A model generated the notes under the pieces. It worked only from the letters and a program-made list of their open reading frames with translations. It was not told the DNA's origin and ran no database searches. A stretch of 64,000 nt of DNA from Candidatus Gottesmanbacteria bacterium (GTDB taxonomy: Bacteria; Patescibacteriota; Microgenomatia; UBA10105; UBA927). This document shows, in pieces, positions 1 through 8,798 of the stretch. The stretch covers positions 892,860-956,859 of the forward strand of contig CAWBPL010000002.1 in NCBI GenBank assembly GCA_963790805.1, given 5' to 3'. Position 1 is the first letter of the stretch. Each line of letters opens with the position of its first letter. Made by a program: the position numbers and the translations under genes.

Positions 1-299
1 AGACAGGCTGGTTTTTGGAATCGATCGCCACCCAGACGCTCATTATCTTTGCCATACGCACAGCCCGTGTGCCGTTTTTCCGCAGTCACCCGAATAAATG
101 GTTTGCGCTCGGGCTTTATGCGGTGGTTGCGTTTGCACTTCTTTTCCCGCTGTTGCCTTTGGGACCATTCCTTTCGTTTGTTGTTCCGCCGCCATCGTTA
201 TATCTTGTACTGCTTCTCATCGTCGGAGCGTATGTCCTTATCGTGGAGCTGGTCAAAAAGTGGTTTTACGGGCGCTTCGCATATACAACAGACCGTTAA
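1..299 (+). CDS. C-terminal fragment of a Mg2+/cation-transporting P-type ATPase (MgtA-like); 5' end lies outside the window
   Basis: The open frame runs from the window edge (codons from nt 3: TGWFLESIATQTLIIFAIRTARVPFF...). The GWF.E..ATQTL..F.IRT...PF motif and two terminal TM helices ending ..VKKWFYGRF resemble the MgtA C-terminus. Confidence 0.6.
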   Translation, partial: TGWFLESIATQTLIIFAIRTARVPFFRSHPNKWFALGLYAVVAFALLFPLLPLGPFLSFVVPPPSLYLVLLLIVGAYVLIVELVKKWFYGRFAYTTDR

Positions 300-321
300 T
301 TAACTTCTTGGTTACTGTATC

Positions 322-975
322 TCATTGAGGGATTGCACGGGCGAATACGAGAAGTCGTTTACTTGTGGTTCCCGGCGGCCAGCAGGTTTGTAAGACTATT
401 GTTTCCATAGGATATGTACGATGGAGAAAAGACAAATCATTTGGGTCCGTAATCTGTTTCGTATATACCTGATAATCATACCGCTGACCGTCGTGGAAAA
501 TATATATTTCGTCTCCAAGAGCAAGTTTGTCCAACAGATAAAATACGGCATTAAACTGTTTGACGAATGCTGGAGTCGATGAATGTGCGAAATAATATCC
601 CAAGCCCCCGTGACCGGGAAATGCCGTTCCTGATGCGTGGGCAATACCTTTTTTGAGTGCCGCCAAGTATGCAGTTTCGTTATTGGGATCGACATTGTAA
701 ATAACCGGTTCATCGATGAAAAGCGATGGGATAGTGATGCCGTCGGTTGTATACGTACTTGTATATCCTTTAAGATCGAGCCGGAATTGCGGCAAAACGA
801 GTCCCCGGATATCCGAAACGTGGAACGTGTCGGCCATGATTTTGCGATATTGATAATTGATTTCGATGAAGGTGATGGGGAGTAAAACAGTGAGCATCCA
901 AAAAAGAAATACAGCAAATAGCACGGTGCCCACCAACAGGAAATGCAACGGGTTGAAATGAAGATTTCGTTTCAT
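322..975 (-). CDS. Sortase family transpeptidase (membrane anchored)
   Basis: The internal Met (MKRNLHFNPLHFLLVGTVLFAVFLFW..) gives a TM anchor. Sortase signatures are present: His in GIAHASGTAFPGHGG, Cys in IVLQTCWPPG (TLxTC-like), and Arg in KRLLVFARA. The ATG overlaps the upstream stop (ATGA at 972-975). Confidence 0.75.
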   Translation of the reverse strand: MKRNLHFNPLHFLLVGTVLFAVFLFWMLTVLLPITFIEINYQYRKIMADTFHVSDIRGLVLPQFRLDLKGYTSTYTTDGITIPSLFIDEPVIYNVDPNNETAYLAALKKGIAHASGTAFPGHGGLGYYFAHSSTPAFVKQFNAVFYLLDKLALGDEIYIFHDGQRYDYQVYTKQITDPNDLSFLHRTYPMETIVLQTCWPPGTTSKRLLVFARAIPQ

Positions 976-2135
976 GAACGATGTGCGCGTTTTTTGTGGT
1001 TTACTTTTGCCGCCTTCGGACTTAACGTAACCGAGACGATCATGCTTGCGCCAATAAGTCCGCTTGCGAGGGCTATGATCGTAAACCACGTTGGTGTGCC
1101 GGTTCCCGGTTGTTGTGTAAGCGTCTGAGTTGTCGCGTAGGCAACCTGCGTGCAGGAATCTGCCGTAAGCCATCGGTTCTGGGTATCCAGAACGTACCCG
1201 CGAGCGACATACGTTCCGGCAGTTGCGTATTGATAGGAAAAGGTATTACTCGTTTGCGTCAGCGTCTGGCCGTTGCCGAAGTCCATTTTATATTGGCTGA
1301 TTGCACCTTTATTATCATATCCCGTTACCTCAAATGTCATGGTGGTCGGCGCCTTGGTGTAATTCCCCTGAGTGATAAATACGTTGGAGCAGGCCGATTG
1401 TTGCGTTTCAACAGGGAGTCCGGCAACAGTCGCATGAGCTTCACACGAAGGTGACGTCACCCAGCTGCCATTTATATCCTTAACGAATGCGCGTGCGATA
1501 AACTGGCCTGAAGCCTGATATTGATGGGATGCCTGAGGAGAAGCTGTTTCAATAAACGTCCCGTCACCGAAATAATATCTGTATGCGCCGACAGCGCCTG
1601 ATGTATTTGCGGCAAATGTCAGAGTGGCGGGGATAAGTCCGTTGTTGCCGTTTGTAATTGTGAGTGAATTGCAGGTAGTGGTTTGGGCGGGCGTTATAGT
1701 CGGCGTCGGATTATTTGGTGAAGTTCCTGTACAGTCGCCGGAGTACCAGACCATATAATCTGTTTTATCATTGTCGCCACAGAACCATCCGAATAGCGTC
1801 TGACACTTTTTCGTATACACATCTATTTCGACCGTTTTCCCGCACGTTGCGCTTGCCAGACTTTGCGATTTGGCGAAATCCGACATGTTGTTGCGGCATT
1901 GCGTGGAGGCCCCGTCACAGGTGAATTTCACCACGTTTGTCGCCTTACACTGGCCGGTGGTGGGGTCGCACCCCTGATTGCATGTGTCGCCAGTCGCGGC
2001 CGTACTTGTTCCGCAGAGATTGGTGTAGTAACCGGTTTGAAATGTTGTTGCGGCATGTGTCGAAGAAAATAATGGAGTGAGAAGAAAATATACAAATATC
2101 AACAGGGGGAGCATGAGTTTTTTCATAATCATCAC
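972..2135 (-). CDS. Secreted surface protein with a Cys-rich N-domain, two PKD-like repeats and a C-terminal sorting signal (likely sortase substrate)
   Basis: A signal peptide is present (MMIMKKLMLPLLIFVYFLLTPLFSSTHA). Two ~80-aa repeats have PKD hallmarks (..YYFGDGT..HQYQASGQFIARAFV.. and ..YKMDFGNGQT..YQYATAGTYVARGYV..). The C-terminus reads QQPGTG, then a hydrophobic stretch, then KKRAHRS. Confidence 0.7.
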   Translation of the reverse strand: MMIMKKLMLPLLIFVYFLLTPLFSSTHAATTFQTGYYTNLCGTSTAATGDTCNQGCDPTTGQCKATNVVKFTCDGASTQCRNNMSDFAKSQSLASATCGKTVEIDVYTKKCQTLFGWFCGDNDKTDYMVWYSGDCTGTSPNNPTPTITPAQTTTCNSLTITNGNNGLIPATLTFAANTSGAVGAYRYYFGDGTFIETASPQASHQYQASGQFIARAFVKDINGSWVTSPSCEAHATVAGLPVETQQSACSNVFITQGNYTKAPTTMTFEVTGYDNKGAISQYKMDFGNGQTLTQTSNTFSYQYATAGTYVARGYVLDTQNRWLTADSCTQVAYATTQTLTQQPGTGTPTWFTIIALASGLIGASMIVSVTLSPKAAKVNHKKRAHRS

Positions 2136-2187
2136 TTGCTTTGATTATACCGGCCTGCTGATTTGTTTTCAATAAAATTGCGTGCAC

Positions 2188-2216
2188 TTGTATACCATCA
2201 GGTTCTTTCGTATACT
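2188..2216 (+). promoter_or_regulatory. Candidate sigma70-type promoter giving a leaderless dcd transcript
   Basis: TTGTAT (2188-2193), a 17-nt spacer, then TATACT (2211-2216). The dcd ATG at 2224 lies 7 nt after the -10 box and no SD is present. Confidence 0.4.
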
Positions 2217-2223
2217 GCAAGCC

Positions 2224-2793
2224 ATGATATTGTCTGACGGCGACATAAAGAAAGCCATGGCAAGCGGCCGCATCAAAATTACGCCGAAGCCGGATTTGGC
2301 TGTCCAACTGGGGAGTTGCATGATTGATCTGCGGCTTGGGGACGTCTATCGGGTATTTAATCACAGCAAGACTCCGTATATTGATCCGTTAAACCCAAAA
2401 ACGCTTATTGATATCACGACGGAAATTCGGATTCCTAAAGGAGAAGCATTTACGCTTCATCCGGGAGAGTTTATTTTGGCCGTCACGAAAGAATATATCG
2501 TTATGCCCGATGATCTGACCGGACGGTTGGAAGGCAGATCCTCGATCGGACGGCTCGGCGTTGTCATCCATTCAACTGCGGCAAATATAGAGTGCGGATT
2601 CCGCGGAAACATAACGCTGGAGCTTGCCAACATGGGACCCATTCCGGTGATGCTGTATCCCGGCATGCGCATTTGTTCGCTTTCATTTGAGGAGCTCACG
2701 AGTCCGGCTCTTATACCGTATTACAAAAAAAAGTCGGCAAAATATGTCGGTCAGAAAGTGCCCGAAACGAGTAAAATCGGTGATGAAAAGTAA
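2224..2793 (+). CDS. dcd: dCTP deaminase
   Basis: MILSDGDIKKAM..RIKITP..; the core GFRGNITLELANMGP and the length (~190 aa) are typical of Dcd/dUTPase-fold enzymes. Confidence 0.85.
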   Translation: MILSDGDIKKAMASGRIKITPKPDLAVQLGSCMIDLRLGDVYRVFNHSKTPYIDPLNPKTLIDITTEIRIPKGEAFTLHPGEFILAVTKEYIVMPDDLTGRLEGRSSIGRLGVVIHSTAANIECGFRGNITLELANMGPIPVMLYPGMRICSLSFEELTSPALIPYYKKKSAKYVGQKVPETSKIGDEK

Positions 2794-2826
2794 CCAAAGT
2801 TACTGTTTGGCAGCAGATCGCAGTGT

Positions 2827-3666
2827 ATGAAAAACATACGGCATCCGCACATAGGCTTCATGGGTGATTTAACCGCAGACGTTTACGTTGATCAAAAGAA
2901 AGCGCAACTCGGCGGTGCCGCACTCAACGGTGCGATGTGGGCTAAACGATTGGATGTTTCCATTTCCGTTTTATCAGCGGTGGGTGACGATGATAACGGG
3001 AAAAAGTTTTGTGAGAAATTGCAGAAAGAGAATTTCGATGAAATGTACGTTGAAAAACTTTCAGGCAGGACTTCTTCAATAGATATTTTTTTAAACTCCA
3101 AAGGAGAAAAATCGTACGGGATTTGGAAACCCGGAATTTTACGCTCCTATCATTTGTCTTCCCGCTTTTGTAAACAAATTCGGAAATTTGATGCGCTGGC
3201 TGTCACACTTTATCCGTATTACGCTCACCTCATTCATGAGCTCGGCGCCGTGAAGCCGGCGGCCGGTATGCATAAAAAACCATTCATAGTTTTTAATTTA
3301 GGAGATCTGAGGAAATTTGAACGCGATACCAGCATTGTTTACAACGTACTACCGAGAGCTGATATGCTTGTTTTTGGATTGGATAAAGATGAGGACGAAT
3401 CACGCATTAATGCAATCCGCGATATTGTGCCGAAACGAACGCTTCTCGTTATTACGCTGGGGGCTTACGGGTCTATTGCATACTATAAAGGGGTTTCTTA
3501 TGTTCAACCGGCCGGACAGGTTCAGGTCGTTGATACAACAGGTGCGGGTGACGCATTTTTAGCCGGATTTTTAGCGTCGTATTTGCAAACAAAAGATATT
3601 CAAAAATCCCTCCAAAGCGGGGCCGATCTCGCCTCGCGCGCGGTTCAGAGAATCGGGGCGTATTAA
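2827..3666 (+). CDS. PfkB-family carbohydrate/nucleoside kinase (ribokinase-like)
   Basis: The C-terminal PfkB signature DTTGAGDAFLAGFL is present, and the length is 279 aa. Confidence 0.8.
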   Translation: MKNIRHPHIGFMGDLTADVYVDQKKAQLGGAALNGAMWAKRLDVSISVLSAVGDDDNGKKFCEKLQKENFDEMYVEKLSGRTSSIDIFLNSKGEKSYGIWKPGILRSYHLSSRFCKQIRKFDALAVTLYPYYAHLIHELGAVKPAAGMHKKPFIVFNLGDLRKFERDTSIVYNVLPRADMLVFGLDKDEDESRINAIRDIVPKRTLLVITLGAYGSIAYYKGVSYVQPAGQVQVVDTTGAGDAFLAGFLASYLQTKDIQKSLQSGADLASRAVQRIGAY

Positions 3667-3674
3667 AATTCCGT

Positions 3675-4178
3675 TTATTTTTTCACAGAGGTTGTCTGAA
3701 CTGTCTTTACCGTCTTGCCTGTTGACACTGTTTTATTACTTTGTCGTGATCCAAGGCTAATGAAAAATATCGATATCACAGCAAAAATGATCCCCCATGT
3801 TTGGAGCACTGTCATATTATCCTTAAGAAATATGACGGCGAGGATAGCTACAACGACTGATTGCATGCCCGTTGATATGGCGAGAACCAAGCCTGCATTT
3901 GGTGCGACCGCCGAGGCCTGATACGCCACTAAATTAGCAAAAGCGCTTAATAGTCCAATCACCAGAATGATCATGATGCCGAGGGGAGTGACGTGCAAAA
4001 CAGCGTGAGAAAATACAAAGGTTTGGAGTGAATAATAGATCAAAAAAGCTACTCCGACCCCCAGCAAAATAAAGGAGACCGGATACCCTTTTTTCGCCAT
4101 GACAACAATAAGAAATGACATGAGGGAATAGCCGACTAACGCGATGAGCGAAAGAGAGAACCAATCAAGTTTAGTCAT
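3675..4178 (-). CDS. Small EamA/DMT-superfamily membrane transporter (single 5-TM domain)
   Basis: Five hydrophobic helices are followed by a Lys/Thr-rich tail, and the helix pattern is EamA-like. Confidence 0.55.
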   Translation of the reverse strand: MTKLDWFSLSLIALVGYSLMSFLIVVMAKKGYPVSFILLGVGVAFLIYYSLQTFVFSHAVLHVTPLGIMIILVIGLLSAFANLVAYQASAVAPNAGLVLAISTGMQSVVVAILAVIFLKDNMTVLQTWGIIFAVISIFFISLGSRQSNKTVSTGKTVKTVQTTSVKK

Positions 4179-4349
4179 ATTTGGGCCGAGTATATCACAG
4201 TTTAATTAATCGCGCAGTGGGCCTTTTGAGGCCTGATCATTAAACGCCGAGTACACTTGAATTCGTCGTGGAAGCAATGCACTCACCCTATACATAAAAG
4301 GGTAGTATGGCATCCCCGAGGGGGACTCATGTCGAAGACGCGGGCATTG

Positions 4350-6134
4350 TTATTTAACCGTTACGCTCTTTGCCAAGTTTCTCGGCATATCCGGATCAAA
4401 TCCTCGCGCAAGCGTTAAATAATATGCCAGAAGTTGGGCGACCACAACGTTGGGTATGATCGTTGCTTCTTTTGCATCTTCGACGTGTATATATTCGTCA
4501 AAGATTCCGTGCGGCGTATGCGAAATTCCGATTATATATCCGCCCCGCGCTTTCATTTCCATGACACCCGCGAGATTTGCCCCGTACGTTTCATCATCGG
4601 GCAAAAACGCGATACACGGTGTGCCGCTCGTAACAAGCGCGAGCGGGCCGTGTTTCAGTTCTCCCGCCGCAAGTCCTTCCGCATGGATATAGCTGATTTC
4701 TTTGATCTTAAGCGCTGTCTCCAGAGCCGTCGGATAGGAAAGTCCGCGTCCGATGACATAGATATGCTCTTTGGATTTGAGTGTCTGGGCGAGATTTTTC
4801 AGCTGCTTCACGCTTTTATCTGAAAGCACCGACTTCATGGACTTGACTGCCATCGTAAGCACACGGGATCCCTCAGCTGGATTCCCTGCGAGCGCATATG
4901 CAAGCATCGTCAGGTGGGCGAGCATGCCGGTAAATACTTTGGTTGACGCAACGCCTTTTTCCGGTCCCGCACCGATAAGCATTTTTTTATCCGCCTCACG
5001 ATACAGCGTAGACCCGAGGACATTGACGAGCGCCACAATAACTGCCTTTTTTTCCTTCGCTTTTTTTACGGACTCAAGTATATCCATGGTTTCACCGGAT
5101 TGCGAAATGGCGACTACAAGACTTTGCTGTGTCAAAAAATCCAGATGATATCCAAATTCGCTGCCGATGGCCACGTTTACGTGTTCACCCGCGATTTTGG
5201 AGAATAAATATTCTCCTGCAATTGCCGCATACGACGCCGTGCCGCATCCGACGAGATAAATGTGTTTTAACGTTTTCATGACATCCGCCATTTTTTGGGC
5301 CTGTCCTAGAGCTGATGCTGCAATATCAGCAACGACTCCGGGTTGCTCGTATATTTCTTTGAGCATGAAATACGGGTAATCTCCTTTTTCCACCTGCGTC
5401 TGCGACCACGTCAACAATTGTTTTTTGGGCCGGATGCGCTCGCCGGTTCTGGCATTGAAAATCATGACACCTTTTTGCGAGACTAAGGCCATCTCATCGT
5501 CTTCAAGAAAATGAACCTGCTTTGTATATGGTAAAAGGGCTGCAGCATCGCTTGCCAGAAAATTCTCAGTATCACCAAATCCGACAACGAGCGGTGACCC
5601 GTTTCTGACCGCGACAAATTGCTTATTCGTGGTATTCATGACTATGAACGCGTTTAATCCCTTCATTTCATTAAAAGCTTTTTGTACTGCTTTGCTAAAG
5701 AGCATGGTTTTGGCGTATTCCTCGATAAGGTGTACGGCCACTTCAGTATCGGTTTGGGATATAAATTTGTGCCCCTTCTTAAGGAGTCTCGCCTTAAGTT
5801 CCTGATAATTTTCTAAGATTCCGTTATGAATAATGGCAATTTTGCCGGTACAGTCGAGGTGCGGATGAGCGTTGATATCACTGACACCTCCATGGGTAGC
5901 CCAACGGGTGTGCCCGAATGCAAATGTGCTTTTGGGCATATCCAATACAGACGCTGTACCGATTTTGCCGGTCATTTTCTTTACGACAATTTTTACTTCT
6001 TCTTTGCCCTTCACTTCGGGAACAGCCGCGATGCCCCAGCTGTCATAACCCCGATACTCGAGATCTTTAAGACCGGCAAGCACGATCGATGTTGCCTTAT
6101 TTGACGGGCCGACGTATCCAAAAATACCACACAT
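4350..6134 (-). CDS. glmS: Glutamine--fructose-6-phosphate aminotransferase (isomerizing)
   Basis: N-terminal MCGIFGYVG (Ntn amidotransferase Cys), two SIS domains, and a C-terminal ..LAKSVTVK tail, in 594 aa. Confidence 0.97.
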   Translation of the reverse strand: MCGIFGYVGPSNKATSIVLAGLKDLEYRGYDSWGIAAVPEVKGKEEVKIVVKKMTGKIGTASVLDMPKSTFAFGHTRWATHGGVSDINAHPHLDCTGKIAIIHNGILENYQELKARLLKKGHKFISQTDTEVAVHLIEEYAKTMLFSKAVQKAFNEMKGLNAFIVMNTTNKQFVAVRNGSPLVVGFGDTENFLASDAAALLPYTKQVHFLEDDEMALVSQKGVMIFNARTGERIRPKKQLLTWSQTQVEKGDYPYFMLKEIYEQPGVVADIAASALGQAQKMADVMKTLKHIYLVGCGTASYAAIAGEYLFSKIAGEHVNVAIGSEFGYHLDFLTQQSLVVAISQSGETMDILESVKKAKEKKAVIVALVNVLGSTLYREADKKMLIGAGPEKGVASTKVFTGMLAHLTMLAYALAGNPAEGSRVLTMAVKSMKSVLSDKSVKQLKNLAQTLKSKEHIYVIGRGLSYPTALETALKIKEISYIHAEGLAAGELKHGPLALVTSGTPCIAFLPDDETYGANLAGVMEMKARGGYIIGISHTPHGIFDEYIHVEDAKEATIIPNVVVAQLLAYYLTLARGFDPDMPRNLAKSVTVK

Positions 6135-6184
6135 AGAAGACTCCTTAATGAATTAAGATGAAAGAATGTATTTGAACCTAAGAG

Positions 6185-6390
6185 GCGAACTCAGCTCCTG
6201 ACGATTTGTGTCCTGTTTTTCAAGGTTTTTCTCGTCCGGATTGCGGTAGAGAGTGCTACCGAAGGGTACCCGCAGATTATCCGATAAACCCTTTCCTCGT
6301 ATCCCCGATTTAATCGGGGCCACACGCTTAACTTTTCCAATTTCGCTTCTTGTTAAAGACCTCCGCATGCGTATAGTACGGCGCTTCAGT
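6185..6390 (-). promoter_or_regulatory. glmS ribozyme (GlcN6P-activated self-cleaving riboswitch) in the glmS 5' UTR
   Basis: The minus strand reads ..A|GCGCCGUAC..GGGGAUACGAGGAAAGGGUUUAUCGGAUAAUCUGCGGGUACCC..CUACCGCAAUCCGGACGAG... It contains the cleavage-site AGCGCC (6385-6380) and the conserved core ACGAGG..GGUUUAUCG..CGG..CCGCAA, directly upstream of glmS. Confidence 0.85.
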
Positions 6391-6589
6391 ATGACTGTCA
6401 AGTTACGTTAAAGCGGGATAACAATTGGGAGGATTCGTGCTTTTTTCCGGCTCGTTACAAAATTATTTTGCTCCGCTGCTCGCAATAGATTTTTTCTCCA
6501 TATATCATCTTCGTGTTTAGCTCGGGAAGCGAGCTGCAATAATTTTGTCACTCGCCGGACAAATTTGGTTCGTAAAAACTTTGTGGAGT

Positions 6590-7402
6590 TTAATATTTAA
6601 TAATAAATTCTTTGAGGAGTTTCTTTTCGGTTTTTCCTTTGATAAATGCATTGATTTCAAAATATTGTTCTATGCCTGAGTGTTCCATTTTTTCTTTGAG
6701 AAGCTCATCGACCTGAAAAACGCCTGCGGAGTTATTCATGGAAATATTGATAAGTATAGGTCTGTCTTTTCCTTCGACGATTTCAATATTTTCGACGGCG
6801 TATGCAGAAAGCGAGTGAATGTTAACTTTTCCCGCCTCGTACGGGATACGGGACCTTCCCTGCGTCATATCCAATGCGTCGGCAATTCGCACAATGCCGG
6901 CTTCAACAGTTAACGGTCTTCCGTCACTCCTATGGCTTATGATGGCGTGAAGCGTTTCGGATATGACGATGGTGCGCTCTTTGGTGGGAAGAAACGAAAG
7001 TGCTTCGCGAAGCATCGTATTTGCCAGAAACAAGCTGTATTCTTCGTGATTAACCCTATGGATCGACATGCCCATGTCATGAAGAATACTCGCCAGAACG
7101 ACGATGACCTCCGCGTGATCTTCGGTGAGTTTAAAATCTTTCACAACCGACATTTCGACATGATGTTTGTGGAGTATCCGCATAAGCCGGAGCGCTATAT
7201 TTGCAACGATTTGAAAATGTACGGGTCCGTGATCGGTGATACCCAGCCGGTCAATGGCGTTAACGTTTAATATGGTCCACAGCGTTTGTATTTCCTCACT
7301 TCCGTTGATGCGAAGAAGAGTTTCCTCCAGAAGTTTATTGCCGTTTAAAGGTACGTGGATTGTTTGCGGGAGGAGAGATGTTTTTTTCTGTATATCCTTC
7401 AT
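6590..7402 (-). CDS. HD-domain metal-dependent phosphohydrolase
   Basis: The H..HD pattern is present (HGPVHFQIV.., ASILHDMGMSIH, ADALD). The start was chosen at MKDIQKK (ATG complement at 7400-7402). Confidence 0.75.
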   Translation of the reverse strand: MKDIQKKTSLLPQTIHVPLNGNKLLEETLLRINGSEEIQTLWTILNVNAIDRLGITDHGPVHFQIVANIALRLMRILHKHHVEMSVVKDFKLTEDHAEVIVVLASILHDMGMSIHRVNHEEYSLFLANTMLREALSFLPTKERTIVISETLHAIISHRSDGRPLTVEAGIVRIADALDMTQGRSRIPYEAGKVNIHSLSAYAVENIEIVEGKDRPILINISMNNSAGVFQVDELLKEKMEHSGIEQYFEINAFIKGKTEKKLLKEFIIKY

Positions 7403-7511
7403 GTGAGTATTTTCTACACCAGTAGTATAACAGAAATGTCGAATTATAGGCGATTGTTCTTCGTATAACAATCGCTTGAGTAGTTGAATCGACTGTGGTA
7501 CAACAACGGGT

Positions 7512-8135
7512 ATGAAAAAACACCTGTATATTTCCGTGATGGGAACAATGGGCAGCGGTAAAACGACAGCCGCCCGGCTTCTTGCCAAAGAACTCGGATT
7601 TAAACTTCTTGAGGAAAATTTCGGTGAAAATGCATTTCTGCCGCGGTTTTATCAGGATATGAAGCGTTGGGCTTTCCATTCGCAAACGTTTTTTTTGATG
7701 GAAAAAATTACGCAGATGCTCGAAACGCCGAAATTACTTCTTAAAGAATCCGTTGTGCAGGATACGCCGATCCAGCAGGATGCACTTTCCTATGCAAAAG
7801 CCCAGCACGTTTTGGGTCACATTGATGATGCCGAGTGGAAGCTGTACCAGAAAATTTATAAATCATTTGAACCATACTTTCCTGCGCCTGATCTTATCGT
7901 CTATCTGGAAACGTCGCTTGATGAAATTATGGAACGCATTGAAAGCCGCGGCAGGGGATATGAACAGCAGATTCCGCAAAGTTATGTGGAGCTTCTGGAT
8001 ATGCTTAACCATCGCTGGATTTCGGAAAATAAAATAATTCCTATGTTGACCATCCAAACCGACGGGCTCAACATTGTCCGAAGTAAGACGGCACAGCGCC
8101 AACTTATTCAGACAATTACAAAGCGATTGCGATAA
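7512..8135 (+). CDS. Deoxynucleoside kinase (dAK/dGK/dCK family)
   Basis: P-loop VMGTMGSGKTT; the length (207 aa) and the ..FLMEK../..ERIESRGRGYEQ lid motif are typical of the dNK family. Confidence 0.85.
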   Translation: MKKHLYISVMGTMGSGKTTAARLLAKELGFKLLEENFGENAFLPRFYQDMKRWAFHSQTFFLMEKITQMLETPKLLLKESVVQDTPIQQDALSYAKAQHVLGHIDDAEWKLYQKIYKSFEPYFPAPDLIVYLETSLDEIMERIESRGRGYEQQIPQSYVELLDMLNHRWISENKIIPMLTIQTDGLNIVRSKTAQRQLIQTITKRLR

Positions 8136-8144
8136 ACTCATTGT

Positions 8145-8798
8145 ATGCAAACATCCCTTTCAAACATAAATGTTATTATCTGGGATATTGACGGGACGCT
8201 GTATCCATTGAATGAAACGATTTCCAATGAGGTTCTTGAGTCGGCGTATAAAACGATCGCAGAATATACCGGCTGGCCGCGCCACAAAGTTTTGGATGAA
8301 TTTAATAAAGTCCACGAAAAGATTACGCCAAGCTCGACCGAGGCAACGGCGCTTCTTTGCAATATCACGATTGCGCAGGCCGCTGCCAAAACTGATGAAT
8401 ACTTAAACCGTCTTCAGTTTCTGAAACATGATGACAAACTTGTTACGCTTTTTGAACAGCTGGAAGGATACAAACATTTCATTTTAGGAAACGGCGCAAA
8501 AAAACATATTGCCGAGGCTGTTGAAGTGTTAGGAATTCCGGCTTCTACGTTTGATGAAATCGTTACGTCAGAAATAGTCGGCGTCAATAAGCCCGAGGAT
8601 AACGGATTTCGCTACATCATGGAAAAAACCGGTTTGCCCGCCGCTGAGCATCTGATGGTGGGCGACCGCGAGCGCGTGGATCTTTTGCCCGCCAAAAAGT
8701 TAGGAATGAAAACGTGTCTGGTGTGGGCGCTTAAACCCAGCATGGTTGCCGATATTACGCTTCCTAACGTCTACGAGCTTCCGCAGATACTCATTTAA
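8145..8798 (+). CDS. HAD-superfamily hydrolase (possible nucleotidase)
   Basis: HAD motif I (IIWDIDGTLY) and motif IV (MVGDRERVD) are both present. Confidence 0.75.
   Translation: MQTSLSNINVIIWDIDGTLYPLNETISNEVLESAYKTIAEYTGWPRHKVLDEFNKVHEKITPSSTEATALLCNITIAQAAAKTDEYLNRLQFLKHDDKLVTLFEQLEGYKHFILGNGAKKHIAEAVEVLGIPASTFDEIVTSEIVGVNKPEDNGFRYIMEKTGLPAAEHLMVGDRERVDLLPAKKLGMKTCLVWALKPSMVADITLPNVYELPQILI

Noticed and set aside
1180-1700. An apparent DNA-level repeat inside the surface-protein gene.
   Set aside because: The repeat is only at the protein-domain level (two PKD-like modules with ~30-40% identity by eye). It is not a recent tandem duplication or a contingency locus.
4179-4349. A 171-nt spacer between glmS and the EamA-like transporter gene with two small hairpins (TCCCC-GAG-GGGGA at ~4313-4325 and ACCCT..AGGGT at ~4284-4302). 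I considered a fluoride or guanidine-type riboswitch, or a tRNA.
   Set aside because: I could not match the conserved cores: there is no ACGR tetraloop pair, no fluoride GGCGAUG..CUGAUGA..CUAC pattern, and no tRNA T-arm GTTCRA. It is probably just the glmS 3' end plus the transporter promoter (TGTGATATACT-like extended -10 on the minus strand). A cmsearch against Rfam would settle it.
6153-6401. An 82-aa ORF between glmS and the HD gene.
   Set aside because: The interval is occupied by the glmS ribozyme on the same strand, and the ORF is a by-product of the structured RNA.
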